This document shows positions 1 through 11,700 of a DNA stretch of 64,000 nucleotides, one piece after another. This DNA comes from Callorhinchus milii (Eukaryota): the NCBI RefSeq assembly GCF_018977255.1, contig NW_024704742.1, forward strand, positions 136,464,001 to 136,528,000, written 5' to 3'. The number at the start of each line of letters is the position of its first letter. Position 1 is the first letter of the stretch. A program made the translations under genes and the position numbers. Below the pieces are notes generated by a model. The model was not told where the DNA came from, searched no databases, and saw only the letters and a list, made by a program, of their open reading frames with translations.

Positions 1-483
1 TGTGAAGCGCTTTGAGACGTCTTAACGACGTGATAAGGAGATGCAAGGATTATTATTATTATCTCACAGCTGAATCCATCCAGGAGAGTGGGCCTTCAGT
101 CCCCTCTTCCAAGCCCATGTCAGGACTTTGAACTCACAGTCTGATGCTCCACTGTAGTGCCGTTGGGGGTGGGGGGTGGACAGGGAAGGGAGACACTGCA
201 TTGTCAGGGATATCCTCTGGATGTGACGTCTGCCTGTTCAGGTGGAAGTTAAAGATGCACAATTAGAAAAGCGAAGGAAGTTTCTGTCTCCCCATGTCTT
301 GGCCGACAATTCCCCCAAATAAAATCGAACGTTGATGCGTGCAATTGGGCTACAGGTTCACCTCCAAATTCAGAGTCACTCCATTCTCCATTTCACAGTA
401 AAGATACTATGAAGTGCTCCTGGTGTGAAACGCGATGTACCAAATATAAGGGTTATTATTAATCTTGCTCTTTCTGCCAATAG

Positions 484-690
<207 letters not shown>

Positions 691-1178
691 TAGAAATTCC
701 CTTTGTCTGGAATGGAAAGCACACACCCTTTTTCTTCCACACCCTTCCTTGAAAAGAAACCCTTGCTCACCAGTAGGTAGGTGCAGGTTGGTGAGAGTCA
801 AAGCTGGTGGGGAGGGGGGGAAGCCCCAGAGTGTGTGTTTGGGGGGAGGGGGAAGATTAAGCAGCTAAAAAACTATTGTCCCTCGAGCCCAGCATTCCAC
901 CATCAGTGGTCATGCTTTCAGCCACTTCGCCCAAAAACTCTTGAACAGTCTTCCTCAATCCCTCAGTCTTGCCCCTTCCTTCCCCATCTTCACGACACGC
1001 CTAAAGACCTTCCTCTTCGACTGTGCCTACAGTCACCTCCCCCGGCTTGGCGTCAGGCTCCAGCACTGTCAAGCGCTCTGGGACACTACCCTAGGTGAAG
1101 GGTGCTATATAAATGCAAGTTGTTGTTATTTGACCTGTTTTGGACCTTGTGTAACCTGTGGTGTTTTGTGTTAAACAG

Positions 1179-1331
1179 TCACACTTACAGGATCGCAACG
1201 ACCCTCCACAACTGTTGTTAGACTTCAAGCACACGTTTCCTGTCATGTTTCCGTTTAATCCATCCTTGCTCAACCTGGACTCCATTCACATCCCAGCGAG
1301 TCTGAATCTAAGTTTCCTCAACAGAGTATAG
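1179..1331 (+). CDS. myo5b: Myosin Vb, last coding exon, [50 protein letters not shown]
   Basis: Acceptor gttttgtgttaaacag| at 1178, in phase 0 with the previous exon, TAG at 1329-1331. Matches the MYO5B end as recalled ([48 protein letters not shown]). Not called in the ORF track. Confidence 0.93.
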   Translation, partial: SHLQDRNDPPQLLLDFKHTFPVMFPFNPSLLNLDSIHIPASLNLSFLNRV

Positions 1332-3599
1332 AATGAACATGATCGGCTGGGAACGAGAGACAGAGGAGATGGTGGTGGGTGGGTGGGTTGGGGGATTGGG
1401 TTGAAGAGGGAGGATTGGAGACAAAATCCGAATCCTCACTGCCTTCTGATGAAGATGGGCCCTTAAAGCCTTCCCAACACTGAATGAGAAGACTGCACTA
1501 CCTCTCTTCCCAAACGCACCACCATTTCAAACCTAACGCTGAGAAGATTTCCCACCTGGGCAATAGATCTTGATTTCTTTTGATTGGTATCTTGTGAAAC
1601 TGGATCAGGGTTGAGGGCGGTGGGGGGAATGCAGAAGGGAAAGGGCCAATCTTCTTTTTGGGATCAAGAGCAAACACAACTCAACAGGCATCATCTGGTC
1701 TCACGGGTTTGAAGAGGAGAAAAGGTAGAGCGGTGAATAAAGTGGGAATTCTGTCGGGTACTGTGCATGCTCTCACAGCTCGCTCAAAGCCACACTCACT
1801 CCCTGTCCCCAATGCTTCCCAGGAATTCTCAAACTCCCGGATCGGAGTTTCCACACTCTCTCCTTTTCAGATTCGGTCATGGGCTTGTATGCGTAGACAC
1901 ACCAGCTTCGAATCAAACTTATACATCCAGTTAGGAGGCGATCACACTTTCCTGTTAGACTTTCCAGCACCTCCTCACCCCATTCACAGGGGCCTTTGCT
2001 ATTGATTTGCTTCAGAAGGCAGATTGCGATCACCATTTCCATTATTGTAGCATGCGACTATCAGGGTGGTAGAGGCCAAACTAGTCTTTTTTATTGTCTA
2101 GTAATTTCCTAAAGCAGATGTTACTATTACTTCCAGCATCCGGTCAGCGCTCTGTTCAGTATCTCATTAATCTTAAGAAGGGGAGAAAGTATCACAAACC
2201 CATTGAACCAGTTAGCTCTAGACAGTGTGTGTGTGTCTGAGATACGCGAGGAACTAGTACGAGGTTCCCCTTTACAACCAGGAGCAAAATTGATCCACCC
2301 TGTTTCCTCTATTACCAACCGTTGCCCAGTGTACTTCCTCTCTCTGTCTGTGTGTTGCGCAGGAACTAGCCTTCCAGCCGCGCCTCAAGTATTGAAACGT
2401 GGCTGGGACACAGCACCCAAAGAGGGTGTCCCATTCCGTCTTCGCATTTCCTCTTAAATTGTGGACAAATTCCACTCCTAGTTTGGCAGCCATCTTCCTA
2501 ACCCCCCCCCCAGCTCCTTTATTAAAAAGAAACCTGCTTCCAAATTACGGCAGAGTTTTAAGGATTTTTTCACCATTTCTGCGGAACTTTAAAACGTTTT
2601 AAGACAAGGCAGTCTCTCAGGCTAAGACCTGGTGGAATTTCAGGTTCAATAAGGTTTGTCAATCTGAATACAGCTCTTAGTGGCACAGGTTCAAAGTAAT
2701 AAAGCTCCTCTTAATTCAGTACTGAATCGGTTATCTCACTCCAAAGGTCCCCTGTGTGTGAGACACCGAACATGTGGCTGGTTGAGGTGGAAGGGGCTCA
2801 TTTGAGGTTGGAAGTAGGGGTATGTGATTCGGTTGGAGGCAGCTTTACTCTGCTCTTATGCTGTGCAGGGGCTGGGCTTGATATTGTTATTGGATGCTCA
2901 ATATGGCTGGGTTGAAAACTAGTTTTCTCTCCTTGTTTAGCTCCCTTCCTCTTTCTCTCTCCACCCCTCCCCTTCCCCATAAACTATAACGTCTTATAAA
3001 TGGTGGAAATTGGTGGAAATGGTTGCTTTTGAAAGAAAATGTGGTTACGAAAGATATCAGAGGTCCACAATAACAGCTCGCGTTTATAAAGTGCACGTCA
3101 CGTGGGGCAGGGTCTCGGAGAGCTTAGCAAAGGCGGATGGGGTCGGGGTCGGTTATGAAGTGGGACTTGATGGAATTTTGTAGTTACGGAAACCGGAAAC
3201 CCCTCTCCCCTACCCGTGAGGGACACTACATAAACACAAGTTGTTGTTACTGTGGATCTTCATGTATGTAAAAGTATGGAACAGGTTCCCAGGGAAACGG
3301 TGGAAGCAGAAAGTGTTGTTTGTTTCAAGAACAAATTAGATAGGTTTCTGTTAGGAAATATTATCCCGGGATACAGTATATAGTTCGGGACACGACATGT
3401 CAAGTGACTGCCGGGTTGGTGGAAGGCGAACTGGATGGACCTTGGCCTTCTCTTGCCTAGCAAATTCTTATGTTGTTATGTTCTGATATGATCTACTTCC
3501 AGAGCACAATTCCCATGTGCTGCAACTTCCGGAAGGAATCCGCCACTCGCAATTCCTTATTCGTGGAATCCTCATCGGAAACCATGGCGTGTTTAAAAA

Positions 3600-3770
3600 A
3601 AACAATGTACATATACATACAGCTATTAAACACTGGAAACTTTGCACATCTTTCAAAAACTTGTGTCTTCCTCTCCCCCCCCCCCCCCCCTTACGTAATA
3701 GAATACTTTTTTTTTCGGCTTAAGGTTGCAAATGATTATTTATTCGTTTTGTTGTAAATATAAAATGGTC
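3600..3770 (+). promoter_or_regulatory. Candidate distal end of the myo5b 3' UTR
   Basis: Pumilio-type TGTAHATA at 3606-3613 and 3753-3760, ATTAAA 3625-3630, miR-19-type TTTGCACA 3641-3648, TATAAA 3759-3764, then GT-rich sequence. AATAAA at 1736 and 2698 are alternative signals. Confidence 0.35.
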
Positions 3771-4844
3771 TGTGGGGGTGTTGGGGATTAATTTGCAGGA
3801 TATGTTAAATTAGAGATTTAGTGTGTGTGTGTGTAAGGAGGAATAGTGCAAGTCAGCGTTTTGTGTGTAAATGGCAATAATTGATCTGCTTGTGTAGGGG
3901 ATTCAGTTTTAGGATATAATATCAATCATCCTTGCAAATCATAGAATTTTATAGCACAGAAGAAGGCCATTGGGATATTATGCCTTTGCCGGCTCTTTGA
4001 AAGGAGTTATCCAACTAATCCCGCTTCCCCGATCTTTCCCCATAGCCTTGCAATTCTTTCCTTTTCAAATTCTGTACCTATCCTTTTCCCTTTTGAAAGC
4101 TGCTATGGCATCACCCCTTCAGGCAGTGCATTCCAGAACATGATGAAACGTCTCAAAGCGCTTCACAGGAAGGTGGAGTGACTGTGTTTTGTAGGCGAAC
4201 CCGGCAGCCATTTTTGTGCTTGGCAACGGCCCACAAATGAATGTCCCGATTTTTTTTACCTGGGGGATTGTTGGCAAGGAGACAGGGAGAATCTCCCTTC
4301 TCTAAGGTGTATTCAATAGGAAGTTAAGATAGATACATGAGGGAGAAAAGAATAGGTTATGCTTGAAGGCTTAGTTGAGGAAGGGCAGGAGGAGGCTCAT
4401 GTGGAGCATAAACACCGGCATAGACCAGTTGGGCCGAATGGCCTGTTTCTGTGCTGTATATTCTAATGTATTCTAATATAAGATCTATTGAGGATACTAA
4501 TATCATGGGAACAGGAAGAGGCCATTCAGCCCCTCGAGCCTGTTCTGCCATTCTGTAAGACCATGGCATATCTGTACCTCAACTCCAGTTGCCCGCCCTT
4601 GCCCCATATCCCTTGATACCCTGACCTAACAAATACCTATCCACCTCAGTCTTGAAGATGTGAATGGATCTCAGCATCCACAGCCTTCTGGGGGAGAGAG
4701 TTCCAGATTTCCACTGCACTTTGTGTGGAAAAAAAAAGTGTTTCCTGATTTCATTCCTAAACGACCGAGCTCCAATTTTAAGATGATGCCCCGCTTGTTC
4801 TGGATTCCCCCACCGCAGGGAATAGTTCCTCTGTATCTACCCTA

Positions 4845-5150
4845 GAGAATGCGCAGATGTGAGCAGGCGAGTGCTAAAGGAACGGGGAGGAGTTGTAGAA
4901 GAGGAGCAGGACCGGGGAGAGGACGTCAAACAGGTAACAACGGGGCAAACTGAGCAAGTTATTCAGGCGCAGGAGCCGCAGGGTTAGTGTGGGAGCGGGG
5001 TCAGTGCGAGAGGTGACTTTGGCAGCGAGGTCTCGGGGACGAAGACTAGTTACAGGCACCGGTGGTGAGTGGAATTCGACGCGATCATTCGCGGTGATCA
5101 GTGGGTTCAGCCGCTGAGACGCTATTTTAAAATGTCCTGCCTGAACCTAA
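4845..5150 (-). mobile_element. Probable 5' portion of an L2-clade LINE
   Basis: Pyrimidine-rich on the - strand; encodes PVTSLRPR...RLNNLLSLP, resembling the segment before the endonuclease in fish L2 ORFs. Confidence 0.4.
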
Positions 5151-5298
5151 CAGCTGAACACCCCCCCCGTGTAATCCTTTCCTCCCGCTAGTTTTTGAAT
5201 TACTGGAATCAGGTTTAGTCTTACTTTCATCATCAAAAAAAACCTAATAAATTGGTCTCTCAATCTACGACTGTTTGTGGGACACTGCTGTGTTTTTT

Positions 5299-5299
5299 N
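5299..5299. other. Ambiguous base N, possible assembly join
   Basis: Single n between two non-contiguous SINE fragments. Confidence 0.8.
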
Positions 5300-6192
5300 G
5301 GATGTTGTAGCACTCACCTCACAAGCGAGAGATCTGGGAAAATTTCCTTACTCCGCACGATTATTAATATTATTAATATTGTGCTAATAATCCCTCAAAA
5401 AATCTATAATAAAATTGGTCACTCAATCCACGGCTGTTTGTGGGACATTGCTGTACGCAATGGGCTGCCGCGTTTCGCCCACAGAATATACAGTCAATTC
5501 ACGTTACAGTGTAGTCTGTGAAGCGCTTTGAGACGTCTCAAAGAGGTGATAATGCGCTGTATCAAATGCAATGATTATTATTGTTATTATCATCATTCTC
5601 TCTCCTTCCCCCCCTCCTCCCAATAAACTTCTCTGCGTTCAAACTGTAAGCCTTGCAGTGCTGGCTCCCAGGGTATGTGTAGTTAAACAGCGGGTCAGGT
5701 CAGCACATAGACTGATGGTAAAGGATAAAGTGAGGTGGAGAGAAAACGACATTTTTTTTAAAAAAGGGACACACAATCGATTGCCTTGACTTAATTTACT
5801 AAAGTAACAAATAATAATAATGATCCTCGCATGCGATATAGCGCCTGATCATTTATTCAAGATGTCCCAAAGCGCTTCACAGAATATACTGTAAAGTGAA
5901 TGTAACTGTGTTTTGTGGGCGAAACGCGACAGGCAATTGCGCGCAATAGCGTCCCACAAACGATCGTACTCCTGTGAAGACTGATAACTAGCTGTGTGCT
6001 TAACAATGTCCGTCTTCCCAATCAATAGCCCCCACTGGGAGGGTGGGGGGGGAATGAGAGGGTGGAGAGAGAAAAGAGAGAAAAAAACAACAACTTGCAT
6101 TTATATAGCGCCCTCTACGCAGAGTGCTGTTTGATACAGTAAACTTCTGATAATTTGTCACTCCAAGGGACAAGGGCTCAGTGACAAGTTAT

Positions 6193-6521
6193 GTGGAGTC
6201 CTGTAGCTCAGTGGTTAGAGCACTCGCTTTGCAAGTGAGAGACCTGAGTTCAATTCCAGGCAGAGGGCGACACCTTGGGCAAGTTTCCTTACTCCACACG
6301 CCTAATAATAATAATAATAATCCCTCCGAAAACAATAATAAATTGGTCATTTTCAATCTACGACTGTTTGTGGGACATTGCTGTGCGCAATTGGCTGCCG
6401 CGTTCGCCCACAAATATACAGTCAATTCACTTTACAGTGTGTTCTGTGAAGCGCTTTGGGACGTTCTCCCGACGTGAAAAGCGCTATATCAAATGCAAGG
6501 ATTATTATTATTATATTATTA
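6193..6521 (+). mobile_element. Young tRNA(Ala)-headed Deu-domain SINE, short variant, full length
   Basis: A box TAGCTCAGTGG, B box GAGTTCAATTCC, TGC anticodon-like loop, Deu-like body (ctgtttgtgggacattgctgtgcgcaattggctgccgcg), L2-type 3' stem-loop, (TTA)n tail. Near-identical to the copies at 19560, 35892, 39103 and 59943. Confidence 0.9.
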
Positions 6522-6860
6522 GCTTAAGTGGCAAGTTTGACATGTGTATAAATACTGTACATAAGTAAAGGCTGGGACATTGATGACAGGGTAACAATAC
6601 TCCACAGCAGTAAATGGAGGCCGAGAGATATGTGAAACAGCCAAGAAAAAGGTCCACTATGTCTACTGGTGCTCACTCCCTCCCACTGGATCTCTTTAAT
6701 CCCGTTCCCTTGCAGCATTCCCCAATTCTAATCCCAAACCTGTAATATTATTTTGCCCCATTATGATCGAATTCCCTTTTAGAGGTGTATTTATTTTTCA
6801 GTTTCTGGTATGATCGCAGGAAATAAGTGGGTGATCTCTCAGTCACATAAAATAGTGTAG

Positions 6861-6940
6861 TAAAAACAGAAGTCGCTGGGAACACTCGGCAGGTCAGGCA
6901 GCATCTATGGAGAGAGGAAAGTGAGTTAACGTTTCAGGCC
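6861..6940. mobile_element. Fragment of a chondrichthyan Penelope-like element terminal repeat
   Basis: aaaacagaagtcgctgggaacactcggcaggtcaggcagcatctatggagagag...gagttaacgtttcagg resembles a very common shark/ray repeat (from memory); truncated where a CR1 begins. Confidence 0.55.
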
Positions 6941-6952
6941 AATCACCACATT

Positions 6953-7279
6953 GGAGAAACTATTTCCACTGGCGGGCGGGTCAGTAACCCGAGGACACTG
7001 ATTTAAAATAGTTGTTAAAAGAAACAGAGGGGAGGTGAGAAATGTTTTCGCACAGCGAGTTGTTCCGATCTGGAATGCTTTGCCTGAAAGGGGGTGGAAG
7101 CCGATTCGATAACAACTTTTAAGAGAGAATAATTTGGGGAGGACAAGTTTGCAGGGCTATGGGGAGAGAGAGAGCGGGGGAGTGGGATTGATTTGGATAG
7201 CTCTTTTCAAAGAACCGGCACAGACACGATGGGCCGAATGGCCTCCTTCTGTGCTGTATAATTCTATGATCTATGATTC
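6953..7279 (+). mobile_element. CR1 LINE 3' end
   Basis: Encodes TRGH...FAQRVV.IWNALPE; 3' UTR gggccgaatggcctccttctgtgctgta plus (tctatga)n. Related ends at about 3280-3485(+), 3939-4140(-), 4305-4480(+), 4503-4843(-), 12650-12860(+), 25040-25175(-), 31380-31690(+), 50490-50660(+), 61945-62055(-). Confidence 0.85.
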
Positions 7280-8351
7280 ACATTAAGTAGCGTTTTTGCA
7301 TAAAGATATCTCAAAAAGCATATCTCATTTTGTCGAAATCACATTTTGAATTTTATTAGGGTTATCAGAAGTATAATGTCATTTTGCTTTGGTCAGTCTG
7401 GTGTCTGATAACACGCAGAAACCCATCTCATACATAAGAATGCCCAAACCAAACAGAACTGCACGTATTCATTAAAATTTTCAGTGACTGGAATAAAGCA
7501 TTTGGGCTCTACCTTTCGCTCTCCCTGGAGGGACACATCTTGTTCACCTAATTTCGGAAAGTATTAGGTGCAAGAGATTGGGGGAAAAGGGGTAAGAGGG
7601 ATCCCAGTGTGTGCATTGGGGAGTGGGACAGGTGGAGTTTGACCAGCTAAAAACTGGGAACTCTGTTTAGTAAAGCAATCTGCTTCTTGCCCAGTTAGAC
7701 TGGTCAATGCATTCATTAACTTGTTAACTTTTATCTTTTCTCAGTGCTTTCCCCCCCCCCACCATCCTTCTTTGCACTTAGCCTATTTTGTCCTCCAGTT
7801 AATATTTCTAAGAAAAAAACACACAAATCTACAACGTGTGTTGGGGGAGAGATAATATATTTATTAATAATAAGTATTCTTTGCATTTGATATTGAGCAC
7901 CTTATCACTGCATCAAAAGGTCTCAAAGCACTTCAGAGGTTTCTGTAAAACGTGGTGATTACGTAGTATTGATTAGGAGTTAACAGTTTGCCAATTGCTT
8001 CGTTGTGAATCGCGCACAGTGCAATGATTTGAAATGCGATTTATTTATTGCTTACCTAACCATACTTGGGTTGTGCACTGTGGACCATGTGGATGACCTG
8101 TCCCCTTTTGGAAAACTGACTTGTAAAATGGAATTTATACGGTGAAACTTAAAAGCAAAATTGAAACAAGACTGTAAGGTACGCTTTTATTATCACATCG
8201 TTAAGATACTTTGACTGTAGATACGTTATGTCAAATAAAAACAGTTGGTCTATAAAAATTTATTGTCTTATGTATTAATAACAATCGTATTAGATCCAGC
8301 AGTTCTTATAGCTTTGTAGAGAATTGCTGTCCGGTATAGTGACTGTATTGT

Positions 8352-8703
8352 GGGGTAGTGGTTAGAGCACTCACCTCACAAGCGAGAGGACCCAGGTTCG
8401 ATTCCCAGGCAAGGCAAAACCTTAGGAAAGTTTCCTTACTCCACATGCCTCTGTTTACCTTGCAGTGAGTAGGAACCTGGTTGTTAGTCGATTAGCGGAT
8501 CGCTTTCCGGGACTAATAATTCCTTCAAATAAATAAAAATAATGTGGTCACTCAATCCATGACTGTTTGTGGGACACTGCTAAATACAACTGGCTGCTGC
8601 ATATAAAATATAGTCAATTCACTTTATAGTATGTTCTGTGAAGCACTTTGAGATGTCTGAATGACGTGATAAGGCGCAGTATCAAATGCAAGGATTACTA
8701 TTA
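8352..8703 (+). mobile_element. tRNA-Deu SINE, long (older) variant
   Basis: tRNA head, then gcctctgtttacctwgcagtragtaggaacc...gatcgctttcc middle segment, Deu body and (TTA)n. Similar copies at about 9718-10025(+), 11586-11925(-), 12900-13220(-), 15730-16035(-), 17110-17385(-), 25608-25942(+), 27500-27752(+), 40720-40950(-), 42020-42320(+), 50060-50407(-), 54338-54697(-), 58990-59357(-), 61343-61698(+), 63741-64000(+). Confidence 0.85.
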
Positions 8704-11700
8704 TATTTGTAAGCAAATACAGTAGCTAATTGCTATCACAGTCTTGGAAAATGTTTCCTAGACAAGTGCTTTTTAAACCATTCTCTCTGCTGTCCTGTTG
8801 AAGGTGACCAGGTAAACCTCTGTGCAGTGACACTGGCAGAACACAAGGAACATAGGAACAAGAGTCAGCCATTCGGCCTCTAGATGTTGTTCCCCCATTC
8901 TATTATTATTATTATAAGTGTCTGCCTAGACTCTGAGCTCAAAGCCCTGACGTGGGGCTTGAACCTACAACCTTCTGACTCAGTGAGAGTGCTACTGAGT
9001 GAGTCAGGCTGACTCCATGAGAGCTGTGGTAGAAAGCAATCACTTTCCAACGGCAACACTCAACACAAAGCGTAAATAAATGAGTCACTAAGCAAACTGT
9101 ACAATGGATGTACTATGACTGTATAATGACTGCAATCATCCTTCACCATTACACTGCCACAATAACGTCAGCTTTCCATCACCTCCTTAACCACCAGTTA
9201 GACTTGTTCCAAATATTGTATTACGAGTTTTAGTGAGATAAATGGAGACAAACCTTTTATAACACAATACAAATTATATTCTCCTAGAATAGAAGACTTC
9301 GCAAGGCATTTAACAATAATGGCTGGGGGTGGGTAGAGGAAAGATGACCGAACACAGTCAAGTTTATGGAGGTTGATTGAGGAGAGCAAGTTGGGAGGTC
9401 TCTGGATGTAGCTCCAGAAAGTGCGGGCAGAGAGGCTGAAAGTCCGACTTTTTCCACTGGTTGGTGAGTCGCTAATTGGAGCTTTAAGATCACCCAAAAA
9501 ACAGGTAGCTGTTTAGGGCATTTTTTAATATATAAGTGGATTATTAAAGCCAGGATTTAGTCAGTCTCAGTTATTAGTTCTCAGTCTAGGATGATGCTCT
9601 ATTGAGGTGATTGAGGAATAAACGCAGAGGAGAACTCTTTCAGACATTGTGTACAGACACAGTGGGCAGAATGAGCTCCTGTGTGCTGTAAAATTCTACG
9701 GTTGTAGCCAACTAGGAACAATCCCGGGCGGAGTGAAATGTTAGGCAAGTTTCCTTACTCCACACGCCTCTCTTTACCTAGCAGTAAGTTGGAAGCCGGT
9801 TATTAATTGATTCATGGATCGTTTTTCAGGGGATAATAACCTCTTTAAAAAAAATTGTAATTTGGTCACTCGATCCACGACTATTTGTAGGACGCTGCTG
9901 TGCGCAATTGGTTGCCGTGTTTCACCCACAAAATACAGTCAATCCACTTAACAATATATTGCGTTGAGACAACTCAACGACGTGATAAGGCGCTGTATCA
10001 AATACGAGAATTATTATTATTATTTTAAAAACACGGCTTCCAAATTTGACGTTGAATTTAAGACTTTCCTACAATTCCTTTGCGGGCGACCTTCAATTTC
10101 AGGAGAAAACGGTCAAGCAGGATAAAGTTAGGTTGAATTTCAGGCCTCTGAGACTTGTGCCTAACCTTTGTCGTGGAAGAAGGCATCGGGACATCAATGG
10201 GCGGTTTAGAAATCTGTACAAGTGCACTTCCCTGAAGAGAAAGCAGAACGCACTAAACAGAAAATCATTAGTGGACTGATAACAGTATTTCACTCCAGCA
10301 TCTTGTCAATGGCGTCATGTTCACTTTCCTGCAATATCCTTTGTCCCGGTTATGCCTCCTGTCTTTAATTACAATGCGGAAACTAATCTAAGTCAGTGTA
10401 TGTCACTCAGTTCTCTAGTTGACTGTTACAGTCTCTCTCCTGGGTCGTGAGTTGATGATTCAAACCCCCAAGTCAGGGTTTTAGCTCAAAGTCTAGGTTG
10501 CATCCCGCCAACACATGGAAATCCCAGAGATAGTTTGTTTCAATGGAACTTGCTCTCTCTCCCTGGAGGGAAGCATCCTGTTTACCTAAATCCGGAAACT
10601 ATTAGGTGCAGGTTGGCGAGAGCCAAGGCTTGGGGGGACCCCAGAATGTGCGTTGGGGTAACTGCCAGAGTCTAACCAGCTAAAAACGCATAGATTGCCA
10701 TTGATATCATCTGGCAAGCTTTCCTCCTGCTTCTCCAGCTAGGACCACCCTACAAGTTAGGGTTTTGGCTTGCAGGGTTAACAGGAGCTGAGTGGGAGGA
10801 TGCCCTGCCTCCAGTCGAAAGGACCAAAAACATCTGTCAGGCAAGTCTTTCCACCCATCCAACCCAAGTCTACTGAAAATGCTATTGCACAAGAGATTAC
10901 GTGTTCATTTTTAACACAAAACAAAAATCCCTGCTGTGCTCGAAGGGAGAAATAAGCTGCATCAAAATGAACCTGGTATTTACTGATCACTCCAATTACA
11001 AGGCAGGCAAGCTAAATTCCTAATTGATTTCCTTTCTGGAGGAAAGTTAAATATAAGGGAAAGCAATAGTGGCCTGGAAGGAAGAAAGAACCTGCAGTTG
11101 TATAGAAATTCATCACTGTAAATCTCGGAGCACTTAGCTGTAATTACTGTCAAGTGTATTGACTGTTCTCGTAAGCTAACGCAACCATTGTACGCGCTGC
11201 AAAGTCCAATCAACAGGGGAATAATTCTTAGCCCTTGAGTGTCAGTTTAGACTTGGAGTTCAAGTCCTGTTGTGAGGCTTCTAACGGAGAGGCAAGAGTG
11301 CTAGAAACTGAGCCACGATGACATCCAAATTATCAAACATACCTCAAAATGCAAGCTGTATTAATGACCTTTCCCCATCCTGCTCCCATCTTATTATATA
11401 CTTGGGAAAAGGTGACCGCCATTCTCCCATTAATAATTCACCAAATAATAATTAACTTATTGGGTGCTTATTACAATTGATTATGTGTTGCCCACAAATA
11501 TACAGTTAATTCACTTTATAGTATATTCTATGAAGCACTTTGAGATGTCTAGAAGACGTGCAAAGTGCTATATCAAATGGAAGGACTATTTATATTGTTA
11601 TAATAATCCTTGCATTTGAAATAGTGCCTTATCAGATCACAAAGAGCTTCACAGAATATATTGGAATCACTGTGTATTTTGTGGGTGAATTGTGGCAGCC

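Noticed and set aside
6195..6270. tRNA-Ala(TGC)-like sequence, and its copies
   Set aside because: Acceptor and T stems do not pair, and it runs into a SINE body and tail; a SINE head, not a tRNA gene.
6181..6568. Recurring ORFs ending [12 protein letters not shown] or containing [14 protein letters not shown] across the window
   Set aside because: Translations of the same SINE, not a gene family.
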